The translations under genes were made by a program, and so were the position numbers. From Callorhinchus milii (Eukaryota), in contig NW_024704742.1 of assembly GCF_018977255.1 (NCBI RefSeq), positions 31,992,001-32,056,000 of the forward strand: 64,000 nt of DNA, in the 5' to 3' direction. Below the pieces are notes generated by a model, which ran no database searches, was not told where the DNA came from, and saw nothing but the letters and a program-made list of their open reading frames with translations. Below are positions 46,906-60,020 of the stretch, piece by piece (position 1 is the stretch's first letter; the number at the start of each line of letters is the position of its first letter).

Positions 46906-49500
46906 TTCCAAGGACAGTCCCCAGATGAGGTATTGTGTCCCTGGGGCAAAATTTGCCCAGACTCGAGTTCAGCAACAAAATGCGCAAGAGCAACTAAATT
47001 CTAAAACAGCTACACTCATCAGAGAAATGCAGCATTTAATCCAACAAACTTCTCCAGTAACTGCAGAACATCAGTGATTTTGGTGAGTTCAGGTTTATTT
47101 TATATATATGTGTCCCAGCATTTTGTTACAAAAGATGATCACCTTAAAGGTCATCGTACAAACGGCAGAGGAAAGAAAGTTTCTCTAAGCAGGAAACTGA
47201 CTTGCTATTTGTGAAAAAAATCTCTTTGGAACAACCGAGGAACCTCCTGAGTTCAAAGAAGTATGTTGTGCTGAGCAAGAACTGAACAAACATTATGACC
47301 TGTTAAATAAATTTGCAAAATACTACAGATGCTGGAAATCTGAAACAAAAACAGAGATCGTTGGGAACACTCAGCAGGTCAGGCTGAAAGGAAGAAAGGA
47401 AAGTGAGTCAAAGTTTCAAATCCAAAGGGTCAAGGATCCGAAATGTTGACCCACTTTCCTTTCTCCATAGATAGTGCCTATTGAGTGTTTATAGTGATCT
47501 CTGTTTTTGTTGTATGGCCTGTTAACCCGTTCAGGAAGCTGAGTTTTGATCAGTATATTTACTTGAGCGAAAAACGTGCTGTTTTATTATTCGAAAGAAC
47601 AAATGGCCCTGAAAGAACATTTTGTAGAGATAAAACGAAAAGTCACGAAGGCTGGAAATCCTTAAAAAAAACACAGAAAAGCTGCAAACAATCAGATTTT
47701 AAGTTATGATTGACACCAAAAACAGATTGGTCAAGAATCGCAGGGTAATTTTTTTTCAATGTTCCCAGAAACTATTGACTCTGGGGAACTGTTGGAGCAG
47801 GGGCTGAAACAATGCTGGTATTCTCTTAGGATCAATCTCCTTTGGTTATGGGGAAGTTTCTGTTCTGATAAGATGTGGAAGGTAAGTATCTGTATTGTAC
47901 AGGGCCTGTTGTCTCTGTGACTTTGATACACATGCATCTATTATAGTTTCATTCCCAGTCACTGTCATTATCGACTTTGACAAGTAGACAGGCACACAGC
48001 TGGAAAAACAAATGAGCTTCTTGTACTGTCACATTGCCAAGAAATAACTAGGATAGGGCTATTTTCCTTATCTAGCACGTTACATGCTGGCTCATTACTT
48101 TTGAGACTAGTTGAGTTAAACACAAGAATCTTGTGTATGCATGGTTCACAGGTGAATAACAGCAAGGTTCTGCGGGGATCCGTGTGGAACCATACCCTCG
48201 TCCAAGGAAAAGAAGAGTCAAACATCTTCAGAAGTGGACGGCAGGAGGGAAAAAAATTGGGATGAAAAAAAAGGGTGTAATGTCAGAAACTACAGCTGAA
48301 GATTATCATGTACATATTTATAGCCAGTCAACTAATGATTCCACTTGTCATATATTTGACAAGTGGAATAATTAGCTGACTGGATATTTGAACACAACAT
48401 ATTGAGATATATGTGCACGTTCTTTCTTGGATTAGTCTCAGGAAAGTCCAACATATCAGAATATTTAATTAGACCGAATATGAGAGCCATGTGCTACATT
48501 AACATAATTAGTTTTGTTTTGAGATACAGTAATGTGGTAAGAGTATTATTTCCACATACGGCAAACAATTATGAGATGTTGAGGAATTGTTTTGACTAAA
48601 GACACTTTCTGTTTCCCAGACATTATTGGGATTCATTCTTTGCAACACAGAAGAATTGAAAAGCAATTGAAGTACAACTTCAGATCCTCATTAATCTTTT
48701 ATACATAATGGACATTGTAACCTGTTGGATGAAGTTTATCACTTTACCAAAAAAAAATATTTTTTATTAAAAAAATTTATTGAAAGTTTATCACTTTTAC
48801 CAAACCTTTAGCCTAGAAAGGAAGAAGCTTAGGGCTGCATTGAAATTCTGCCCTTTTTGCTTTAATTATTTCTCCTTCTCTTACACCCGTTTAAATCTTT
48901 CTGCCTTGAGCACAGGAGTCATAAAAATGACCTATTGACCAATAAGATTTATTGTTTTCAAGAAAAATAATTTAATATCTGTATTGTTTGGGAGAGAGAA
49001 AGACTATGCATCATTTTTAGCACAATGTAGTTTATAAATCATATAAAGATATGTTTACCATGACCTATGAATTGACACTCAAATGTCATATTGTTTATCT
49101 TTTTTAAATGTAATGTATAGTCAGTGGGGGTGACTTCTAACTTACTTTTTATCTAATATTTGTTTTCTTGGCTTGATCAATTGTCGGCTTTTTTTCATTA
49201 AAGAGTCATTTAAGAGTGGACCTAATAGACCTAAAAGGCATTTAAAATTATAAAATGGTACAAAAGGGTTAGCATAAGTAGGCTGTCTTGAGACCATAGT
49301 CAGTGAACACAAGTATAAGATAGTGACTTGTCAGGAGATCAAAAACCCAGGAGGAACGACTTCACGCAGACGGTAGTGAGATTTTGGAACTCACTGACTG
49401 AAGCAGTAGTTGAATCAGATAGTTTAGATGCAGTCAGAGGAAGCTAGACCTTCACTCGAGGGAGACGGGAATAGAAGGGTATAATAATAATAACAAAACA

Positions 49501-49639
49501 CAAAATACTGCAGATGCTGGAAATCTGAAAACAAAAACAGAAGTCGCTGGGAACACTCAGCAGGTCAGGCAGTATCTATGGAGAAAGGAATAGATGCTGC
49601 CTGACCTGCTGAGTGTTCCCAGCGACTTCTGTTTTTGTT
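49501..49639. repeat. Palindromic short interspersed element with 50-bp inverted arms; related copy at ~47315-47510
   Basis: Arms 49530-49579 and 49590-49639, one mismatch, 10-nt loop. Confidence 0.8.
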
Positions 49640-50039
49640 ATAATAATAATAATCCTTGCATTTGATATAGGGTCTTATCTCGTTATTGAGACGTCCCAAA
49701 GGCTTCACAGAATATATTGTAAAATGAATTGACTGTATATTTTGTGGGCGAAACGTGGCAGCCAATTGCGACCAGCAGTGTCCCACAAACAGTCATGGAT
49801 TGAAGTGACCAATTTATTATTATTATTTTTTTGAAGGAATTATTACCCCGGAAAAGTGATCCATCAGTCGACCAACAACCAGGCTCCTAACTTAAAGTAT
49901 GGGAAGGAGTAAGGAATGAGTGAAGGCTCGTGTAGAGTACAAACACTGGAACGCACCGGTGGACCAGAGTGGCCTTTTTCCATGCTGCACATTATTTGTA
50001 AATCTTTGTAAATAACTTCAGGGCGATCATTAAACTTAG

Positions 50040-50460
50040 ACACGACCTAGCTCTTGAATCACTCAAAGGAAAGCTTAGAGAAACTGGGCTGTTTTCACTA
50101 AAATGGAGAAGATTGAGAGGAGATATCACAGAGGTGTTCAACATTATGGTGTGTTTTGATAAGCTAAATAGGGAGAAATAATTTTCACTGATCAGTGACT
50201 AGAATTAATATATTTTATGAGAGTGTTACAAAGAGAGCAAATGGAGATACTAGGAAAATTTATTTTTACACAAAAGGTTATTTAGGACATAGAATTTCTT
50301 AACATAGAGGATGACTGAAGCATAATCAATAATAGCTTTTATAAACGAAACTCAACATACATTTAAAAAGGAAAAATATAAAAGTGTATGGCGAAAACAC
50401 AGGAGAGTAGGACTAAATAGATACCAATGGGAGGATCCTGTGCTGGAACATTCTATGATT
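50040..50460 (+). mobile_element. Degenerate CR1-type LINE 3' end
   Basis: CTGGGCTGTTTTCACTAAAATGGAGAAGATTGAGAGGAGAT (LGLFSL..RRLRGD-like) and TTTTTACACAAAAGGTT, typical of CR1 C-termini. Confidence 0.65.
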
Positions 50461-50842
50461 CCATTTTGTTCTATATATCTATCCCTAAAAAAATCAATCA
50501 GGATTGTCTGAGTAGATCGTTTTGGGGTACTAAGCTTGAAATTATCCCTGACTGAAGCAGTTATAAATTGATTTTACAAAGTGTTTGGATCACTGTATTC
50601 TGAAGTTAGCAGCAAAACCCCAAACCTGAAAGATAATCAGGAAGGAACAAATTAACAGGATTTTTTTTAGAGGACTAATTAAAGACGTCAGCCTGGATCA
50701 GTTGGTAAAACTCTCTCCTCTGAGTCAGACGGTTGTGGATTCAAAACCCTACGTTGAGTCTTAGAACTTATAGTCTGAGTTGGAACTGAGTTGGTTTTAT
50801 GTGCCTATTAATGTGGACAATATAATAATATAATATATAATG

Positions 50843-51165
50843 TAATAATAATCCTTGTATTTGATATAGCACCTTATCACGTCTTTGAGGCGTCTCTTTA
50901 CACCCATAAAGTGAATTGACTGTATATTTTGTGGGCAAAACACTGCAGTTAATTGTCCCACAAACAGTTAAGGATTAACTGAGCAAATTACTATTATTAT
51001 TCTTTTTTGGAGGAATTATTATCCCTGGAAAATCGATCCACCAATCGACTAACAACCGGGTTCCCTTTACAGTTAGGTAAACTGAGGCGTGTGGGTACGG
51101 AAACTTGCACAACGTTTCTCCCTGCTGGGAATCAAACCCAGGTCCTCTCGCTTGCGAGGTGAGCG
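50843..51165 (-). mobile_element. tRNA-head SINE, 5'-truncated
   Basis: Shared tail, body and reverse B-box GGGAATCAAACC. Confidence 0.8.
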
Positions 51166-51739
51166 CTGTATATTTATATGCGGGTGTGTGTGTGTATCTG
51201 TGTTGTGTGCATATCTGTATAGTGGTGTGTTTTGCTGTGTGTATCTGTGTTGTGTGTGTTCGCATATCTATGTTGTGTTTGTGTGTGTATTGGGAAGAAA
51301 ATTAATAATTTAACTTGAGTTATATTTTGCCATTTTTCTTTTCTTGGTCCACTTAAAAATACTTTTCAGGAGTCAAATGGACTCTTGTTTAAAACTCCCC
51401 TGACCGCAAAAGAGGCCATGCAGAACGAACGGAGCACTTGCGCAATGTCCCACAAACAGTCGTGGATTGGGTCTGTGGAATATTTCTGTGCATAAATCAG
51501 TTACCACGTTCGCCTACAAATTCACAGGCACCTACCTCACTTTAGTATAAATCTTGTGAAGTGCTTTGAGATATCTCGATGATGTGAATAAGGCAATAAG
51601 GATTGTTGTATTACAAAATAATAATGTTTCCATTTGACTTGAATGCAGACGTAGCTAGCGCAGGATGAAGTGTGGAAATAGCCGCTCAAAATTATTTCAT
51701 GCAACAACATACACTACGTTCAGCTCACAACCATACACT

Positions 51740-52172
51740 TGTATTGTGCCAGCCGCACAAAACTCCATACCCCCATCACACCAGTCCTTGTCAGGCTCCA
51801 CTGGCCCCCAAACTGATCGATTTCAAGATCCTTTCAATCGTTTTTAAATCCCTTCATACCCTCACCCCTCCCTACCTGTCCGATTTGCTTACGCCCCACT
51901 CCAACACCTGCTGCCTCTGTTCGGCTGGCTCCGGCCTCCTGTTCGTCCCTCATCCCATCTGCTCCACCATCGGTGGCCGTGCCTTCAGCCACTACACCCC
52001 AAAACTCTGGAACTCTCTCCCTCAATCCCACCTAAAGTCCTTCCTTTTGATTGTGATTACAGTCACCTGTCCCCTCCCTCTCCCCCAGCTTGGTGTTAGA
52101 CTCCACCACTGTCAAACACTCCGGGACCTTACCCCCGCGTGTAGGGCACTATATAAATGCAAGTTGTTGTTG
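51740..52172 (+). mobile_element. L2-type LINE 3' end
   Basis: IDFKILSIVFKSLHTLTPPYLSDLL...GGRAFSHYTPKLWNSLP; (TTG)n tail. Confidence 0.8.
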
Positions 52173-55100
52173 TGCTTTCTCTGCATCTCAGCACACAGCC
52201 CAGGAGGGCTCTTGCATGTTTTGCTGCAAAGAAGCAGTTTGCATTCTCATAAAATTCTTGCATTTGATGTGACACCTATAATGGTGAACCATCTCAAGAT
52301 ATATTACTGGCAAATATAGTGAAAAGCTTGTAGGCAAAAGCAGCAGGACTTTCCACACAGCTACGTCCCAATTAACAGCCGTGAAATAAACGACTAATTT
52401 ATCTGGAGGATTATTGGCAAGGACATCGGGAGCAGCTCCTTTCTCACAGGCTGATGGAACCACAGAAATCATTCAATATACAGCTTCCCCATTCAGCAAG
52501 CAGATTAAAGATCACACAAAAGTTGTTATATAATAATAATAATTAATGATATAATTATAATAGACATGCAAAGTCAGTTGACTGAGAGGCAGATACTGTC
52601 TGTTTTGGTGAGACCAGACTGTGGTATTCATATTCTTGGTCTTGCGCTTTGGTGAATTAGATCCATAAAAGCAGCAAACAACACATGAAAACTAATTAGA
52701 AAAAAAACCGCTTTCTGAATATCAGCTAGCTTATTCTTCACTGTGACTGTGTGTCTCACCATCATATGCAGTGCGTCAATAGGCACTGGACAATTCAATA
52801 CAGAGTTACATTTATATGGTGCCTTTCACGTCGGGAGGACATCCCAATGCACTTGGCAGTCCTGGCTTGACACCTGAACTGGGGGTGTGAGTAGAGTGGG
52901 GGGTGGGGGGAGATATGGGAAAGATGACTAAAGGCGCTGTCGAAGAGGTAAGTCTTGAGATGGACTTTGAAAGAAGCGAGGGAAGGGGCGAGTCAGTGGG
53001 ATGGAGTTATTGAGCTACTGTATAACTTCCTGACAAAATGTATAACTTTGCAACATTTTTTTAATCATGAAATCCAGAAGTTCATATTTCTGATTGCTTC
53101 CACTCATTTTATTTTCAGCGAGGGGTTTTACGTCAGAGTGACATAGGTGATATATTTCTGGTTACCACATGGAAATTCTCTTGGATTTCCTGTAATATTA
53201 AAAGACACACAAAACTGACCCGATTATTTCCACTGTAAAGGCTGATGCCCTTTGGTTTTGGTTGCTTCCTTTATACTTAAATTGGATAAGTCTGGACCTG
53301 GTCCAGTATAATTTGATACTGAGATCAGTGTGGCCTTTTCATAAGCTCTATCATGTTCTCATTACACAAATGTAATCCTAGTTTGTTGGCCTTACAGGGA
53401 CCTCTACAGAGAAATAATGAAATATTTTAAATGTAAAGCCAAATCTAACGCCAAAATTGACAGCTAGCCGTAAATCTTTTAAAGGTTTCTTTATTTGGCC
53501 ACTTTAATCTTAATTCTAATCATAAGGAAGCAACGTCACATAGGAAGCAAAAATAACTTTCACTTAGACGATCTTGAAGTGCTTCACAAGGACTGAGTGG
53601 GAGCTCAACCAGGATGGGAGATTGGGTATAGTATGGAGGTGACAAGTGACAGTCAAAGCAGTAGGTTTTAAAAGAGTTTTAAAAACTGAGAGGGAGGTGG
53701 AGGGATTTGAGAGGCAGGGGTGACTGAAAGCTCACCCGCCAGGCATGGGGTGGTGGCAAGGGGATGTGCAGCAAGTCTGAGTTAGAATGTACTGAGTGGG
53801 CAGCAATGCAGTTGGGGTAAGAGCATGAAAGTTAAAAGAAGCATTTTGATATAGATCCACAGAGCAAGAGAGAGAGCCAGTGGAGTCTGACGAATATGGG
53901 CAAAAAATTGTTTTAGGGTGAATTTAGATGAGGGAGGAACTTTGTATTTGAAGAGGCAGGTGTTTGATACACATGGAAACCCATCACCGTGCTAAAGAGC
54001 ATCCACACCAAACTGAGAATTCCACATATGTGTGCCACCCACACATGGAAATGTCCATGTGTCTGGAATGGAAAGCACACTTTCCTTGAACAGACGCAAC
54101 CTGCTTACCCTATTCCAGAAAGTATTAGGCGCAGGTTGGCATAATAATCCCTCAAGAAAAAAAACCAATAACAATTTGGTCACTCAATCCACGACTGTTT
54201 GTGGGACACTGCTGTGCGCAATTGGCTGCCGCGTTTCGCCCACAAATATACAGTCAATTCACTTTACAGTATGTTCTGTGAAGCACTTTGAGACGTCTAG
54301 AAGATGTGAAAAGCGCTATATCAAATGCAAGGATTATTATTATTACTACAGAGATAGAGAATAACTGATGCATAAAACTCCATCTTCCTCTGGTCACTAA
54401 AAACAGCAATTAATTTACTGTATATTTGTGATAGGAGATTACTACAAGGTTGTGCTTCCAATTTGCTTATAATTTGAGGAATATCAAAACAGATTGAAAT
54501 CAACCCTACCAGATGTTGCATTTACTGGCCAATACCTTGTGTTATGTAGAAGTTTAATGTGAGATTGTCCTCCCATCCTCCACATTAAAACAGCATATAC
54601 TGTCATTATTGTAATGGGTGCTTTTCTGACTACATTTAATGGATCTGAGTAGATAATTTCATCCTTGTGGGATAATGGAACACAAATACCTAAGGTAATT
54701 GATTCTTGTGCCATCAAGCGAAGAGATGACATCCATTTTTAGATTCAATCTGGCCAACAAGCCAGATGTTAATAATACAAAGTGCCTTATACATGAGCAC
54801 AGTCAGCAATCAATCATCTGAAAGTGCCAGGATACTAACCATGTGAAAATGCATGATAGACAGTCAGAATCCATCCAAAAAGCCAGGAATCTGGCCAATG
54901 AATCTCTCAGAAGATTTGATTCAGCTTGAAATCACAATGTGCTTCTACATTTCAGCTCTCCAAACATTCCACGTGTCTTACAAATTACATATAACAACCT
55001 CCAAGCAGTGCTCATTCCTGCAATGCAATAACTTTGTACAACATATTATCAGCATTTGCATAATTTTTTTTGCTTATTTTTTCTCCTCCAGTTTTCTCCC

Positions 55101-57136
55101 CTCCACTCCTCCTCTGCCATTGAGTCCTTTTTTCCCTTTTACAGATGCCACCCAGCACCTCGCCTTAGTAGCCACTGTTCAGGTGTGATTGATTTGCAAG
55201 TGATGCGAACATGGAGGGCATCACAGCCAAGCCCAGTCACGCCCTCCCCTGGTGTCCACCAATACGGGCAACGTCCCGTAGATGTCACTGGAGATAGTGA
55301 TCAGGTTGCAGAAACCTGCCTGAATTCCCTCTCTAATCCTGGTACACAGGACCAAACAGTCGCCCCCCCACCCACACTTTGCTGCCTCAACTGGAGCATC
55401 ATACAACTGGCTGGGCACCTGTGCTGGGGGGATAGAAGCTGAAGATGCTGGGGGGAGGGGGTGAAGGATGGCCAAAAGATCCCGCTTCTCAAAAAGAGAA
55501 GGGAGTTGCTCCTTCTGTTCTGGCCAACAATCCCCCAATATAATCGGTCATTCACTTCATGGCTGTTTGTGGGACACTGCTGTGAGCAAATTACCTACCA
55601 CATTTACCTACACAGTCACTACACTTCACAGTATATCCTGTGAAGCACTTTGAGACTGACTTCTCAACAGCTGCTAAATCAATTACAAGGATTATTGTTA
55701 TCATTACATAAAGTGTCTTTCACGTCAGGAGGATGTCTCAAAACATTTCACAGGATATAGGAGAAATGGTGCTGATTGTATTTTGTAGGTGAACTACATT
55801 TTCTCCACACAACTTTGCTCACAAAGTCATTTGTCACCGTCACTTGCTTGTGCCCTGAACATCAATTCTCTGTGTTGCTCACTCAATATTTTGTGAGTAT
55901 GACACTCGGTGCCAATTTATACAGCTTTTGTATTAATTCTTTTTTATTTTGGTCAGCCAAGTGTCTGACACATGAGGGAACCCATCACCATGCTTAAGAG
56001 TATCCAAACCAAGCTTAGATTTCCTTGCATCCCACCTACATGTGCAAGTCCCAGAAATAGATTGTTGGACTGGAATGCGCACCCTCTCCCTGGAGGGACA
56101 CATCCCGCTTACCTAATTCCGGAAAGTATTAGGCGCAGGTTAGCAAGAGCCAAGGCTTGGAGACCTCAGAGTGTGCATTGGGGTACTGCTGGAGTCTAAC
56201 CAGCTAAAACCTCATAGCTTGCCATTGATATTGCTGTCTGGCAAGCTTTCCCGCTGTTTGTCCAGCTAGGAACACACAACCTGTTAGAGCTTTGGCTTGC
56301 AGGGTTAACAGGAGCTGAGTGGGATGACTCCTTGCCTCAGTGTCTGGTCAGCCCTTCCAAGTCCTGCCAGTGAGCCAGGCTGGCTATGCTGTCATCAGCA
56401 ATGCCCTGGAATACTGCTGACCCGCCTGGCTCAGGAGCTGGACAACCGAGACTGCCACAGAGGGCTGGCTGGATTCCAACATTTCATTGCCAGGCATGTC
56501 ACCTTGGAGCCAGTTCAGCTTCTAGGAGATCCAGCTTACCTCCCCCCCCACCCCCAGGAGAATAGTCACTAGTTGGTCGTTTGACAAATGAAGCGTGAAA
56601 GAGTCTGACAGCAAAGTATGTGCTCCATCGTTAAGAGAGGTGTTCTTTAGAAAATTACCATAAAAGCCTCACATCGCATGAAGAATTTAACACTTCCATA
56701 CTTTATCTTTATAATTTTTGCCTCAAGAAGCAGAACCCTGTGTTGAGCTTGTGACTTATTCCAGCACTTCATCTAGCAAATGTGTGCAAGACTCTAACAT
56801 GCCTTTTATATATTTAGCTTTGGTCTTATTAATGGAGAGCAGGGTCTGATCCGGTGCCTTTCAGGACAAAGAAAGTTTAGTCCATTTCTGGTGAATAAAA
56901 TAAATCCTTGTTTCTGATGAATTCAGTTTGTGACTCCTACAGCAACTATTTTGACCTTTCAGACAGTGAGACAAATGGCTCAGCATGCAGACGATACCCT
57001 AAGGTATTCAGATGTGTTTGCTTCTGAAATTGGTACATCACAATGACTTCAAATGAAGGAAGGGATATCTGAGGAAGTAGCTGAACAATACAATAAAATT
57101 TACATTTACATTTACATTTGATATAGCGCCTTTCAT

Positions 57137-58143
57137 GGAATCCTGTAGCTTAGTGGTTAGAACATTCGCCTCGCAAGAGAGAGGAACCCCTGGTGGGGTG
57201 AAACTTTGGGCAAGTTTCCTTACTCCACACACAAAAACAAATGGCCTGGCAGATCTTGTCACTGCCATCCCAGCCATGATCACACAGCCTGAGGGCTGAT
57301 GCCATCCCACTGATGGCTCGCTCCCGGTCTCTGCATACTCTTTTGGCTGCCGCCCCGACCCGAGCCTCCCTCTTCACTCTAAATGTCTCTCCTCCCACCC
57401 CCCTCTATCTGCTACTCCCACTCTGTCCTTCTCTCCCACCTTCTCTCCTTGACCCCATCATCACTTCCCTCTGTTCCAGCCTGGGCATCCTCCGCCAGAC
57501 ACTGGCTGTCCCAGGGCAGCAACCCCAAGTGTCCAATCATTCACTCCCTCCACTTAAATCGCCTCCTTAAGGCAAACACAACTTCCCCCTCCCTCATACG
57601 TACCCTCCCCAATTCCCCACTCCCACCATTCTCCACGACCATCTCTCCTGTACACCCTAAAATCCTTTCCGGATCACACTCTCCTCCTTCTCCTCCACCA
57701 GCAAACCCACCCGCATTTCCCTTCAAAATGTCCGTTCCCTCTCTAACAAAGTCCTCAGCTTCCTCCCCCTCCCCCTCGCTCGGCCCCGGGATCCCCTGTG
57801 AAGCGCTCTGAGATGCCGTCCGGCATGGAGGGTCCTATATAAATCCAAATTGTTGTTGTTGTTGTTTACCCAGCAGCAAGTAGAAACTTGGTTTTAGTTG
57901 ATTGGTTGATTGCTTTTCCGGGAATAATAATAATAATAATCCTTGCATTTGAATAATAATCCCTTAAAAATAATAATAATGATAAATTGGTCACTCAATC
58001 CGTAACTGTTTGTAGGACACTGCTGTGCGCAATTGGCTGCCACATTTCGACCACACAATCAATATACAGTCTTTTCTGTGAAGTGCTTTGAGACGTCTCG
58101 AAGACATGATAAAGGCGCTATATCAAATGCAAGGATTATTATT
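57137..58143 (+). mobile_element. SINE interrupted by an L2-like fragment (~57240-57865)
   Basis: SINE head 57137-57230; insert ending ATATAAATCCAAATTGTTGTTGTTG; SINE body resumes TTTACCCAGCAGCAAGTAG and runs to its (TAT)n tail. Confidence 0.7.
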
Positions 58144-58723
58144 ACAGTGGTCTCAAAAGTGCTTAAAACACACAGCAAATAAAAGATTTTTTTTAACACC
58201 ACCACCCGCCCACCACCCCGATTGTGAAGAAAACACATAATCATTGTCTTCAGCATCACATTTGATATATATACAGCATCAAACATCAACTACTTCTATT
58301 GTGCAAATGATAGACAAAACCTTTTCTATAACTATTCAGCTGCAGTGAGAGGTAGCACTCCCCAGCTCTCTTCACTGTATCTTGAAGATCATGAGAAGGG
58401 TTTAGATAAGGAAGGACCCACTTGATCTCAGTCTTCCAAAACACCCACCGTACTTTCTGCCATCCCATTTATAGTATAAAGCTGTTTCTTAAATGAGGTG
58501 GAGTAATTAAGATTTGAAAGATCCGCCATGATTTAAAAAACTGGTGAAACAGGCTTGATGAGCTAAACAGTCTCTTGTTCCTGTTCTCCTATGTTCTTGT
58601 GAGTCCAGTATCCACTCTTCCTGGTAACCTATACCAACCACTAATTGCATTCAATGTAAAGAAATAATTCCTGGTGTCCGTCCTAAAGAGCAATATCATG
58701 ATAAGATGAGAATTCCACTCACT

Positions 58724-60020
58724 GCAACAACAACAACAACAACAACAACAACAAAATTACATTTATAGAGCGCCTTTCACGTTGGGGACATCCCAAAGTG
58801 CTGAACAGTCAGGTGTCGGGGCCCGAGCATGGGAGAGGGGTGGTGTAGGGGTGAGGGAAGGCAGAGAGGTGGAAGGGCGACCAAAGGCACGATTGAAGAG
58901 AAGGGTCTTGAGACCGGCCTTGAAGGAGGCAAGGGAGGAAGCGAGGCGAAGGGACCGTGGGCTGGAGTTCCAGAGTGTGGTGGCAGAGAGGCTGGAAGCC
59001 CGGCCACCGATGGTAGGGCGGGTCGGGCGAGAGACATGAAGCAGACCGGAGCCTGATGAGCGGAGGGAGGCAGTCAGCAGGTCAGAGAGGTAGGAGCGGG
59101 CAAGGCCATGGATGGCCTTAAAGTTGAGGACGAGTATCTTGACTTGATCCTCTGGGGGATGGGGAGCCAGTGGAGTCGGGCGAGGGTGGGAATGATGGGG
59201 TCGCGGAGCCTGGTGCGCAAGAGTACACGAGCTGCAGAGTTTGGGATGATCTGCAGCTTGTGAAGGGAAGCGTTGGGAAGGCCGATGAGGAGGGAGTTCC
59301 CGTAATCGAGCCTTGATGTGATGAATGCGTGGGTGAGGGTTTCGGCAGCCTGAGGGGTGAGGCAGTGGCAGAGTCTGGCAATGTTGCGGAGGTGGTGGTA
59401 GGCAGTGCCGGTCATGGTGCGGATGTGGGGGAGAAAGGACAGTTTAGGGTCAAACAAGACACCCAGGTTCCTGACTGGCTTAGTGAGGTTGAGTGTGCAG
59501 CCGTGGAGGCTGATGCTGCCAGCGCCTGAGGTGCAGAGACGCTGGTGTGAGCCAATCAGGAGGGCCTCGGTCTTGCTGACTTTCAGTTGGAGAAAGTTGT
59601 CCTTCGTCCAGGACTTGATGTCGGACAGGCAGTCGGTCAGGACGCCAGTAGTCCTGGATTTCAGGGTGGAGGCAGAGAGGTAGAGTTGGGTGTCATCCAC
59701 ATACATGTGGAAATTTATCCCATGTCTGCAGATGACGTCACCAAGGGGGAGCATGTGAGACGGTGCGGGGGCTGGAGGAGAAGCCGTTTGCCGAGACGAA
59801 GTGGAGGCGGTGTGAAAGGTAGGACCTGAACCAGTCAAGGACAGAACCTTGAAGGTTGAGGTGGAAGGAGAGGCGATGGAGGAGGATTGAGTGGTCCATG
59901 GTATCAATGGCGTCGGAGAGGTCGAGGAGAATGAGGAGGCAGAGGGAGCCCTGGACACACATGGTCAGGATGTCGTTTGTGACCTTGACCAGAGCAGTTT
60001 CCGTGCTGTGGGCACAACAT
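58724..60020 (-). mobile_element. L2-clade LINE (RT domain to 3' tail), frameshifted
   Basis: LLILLDLSDAIDTMDHSILL, FHMYVDDTQLYLS, VRNLGVLFD, LARLHWLPI; (CAA)n tail at 58724-58753. Confidence 0.92.
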
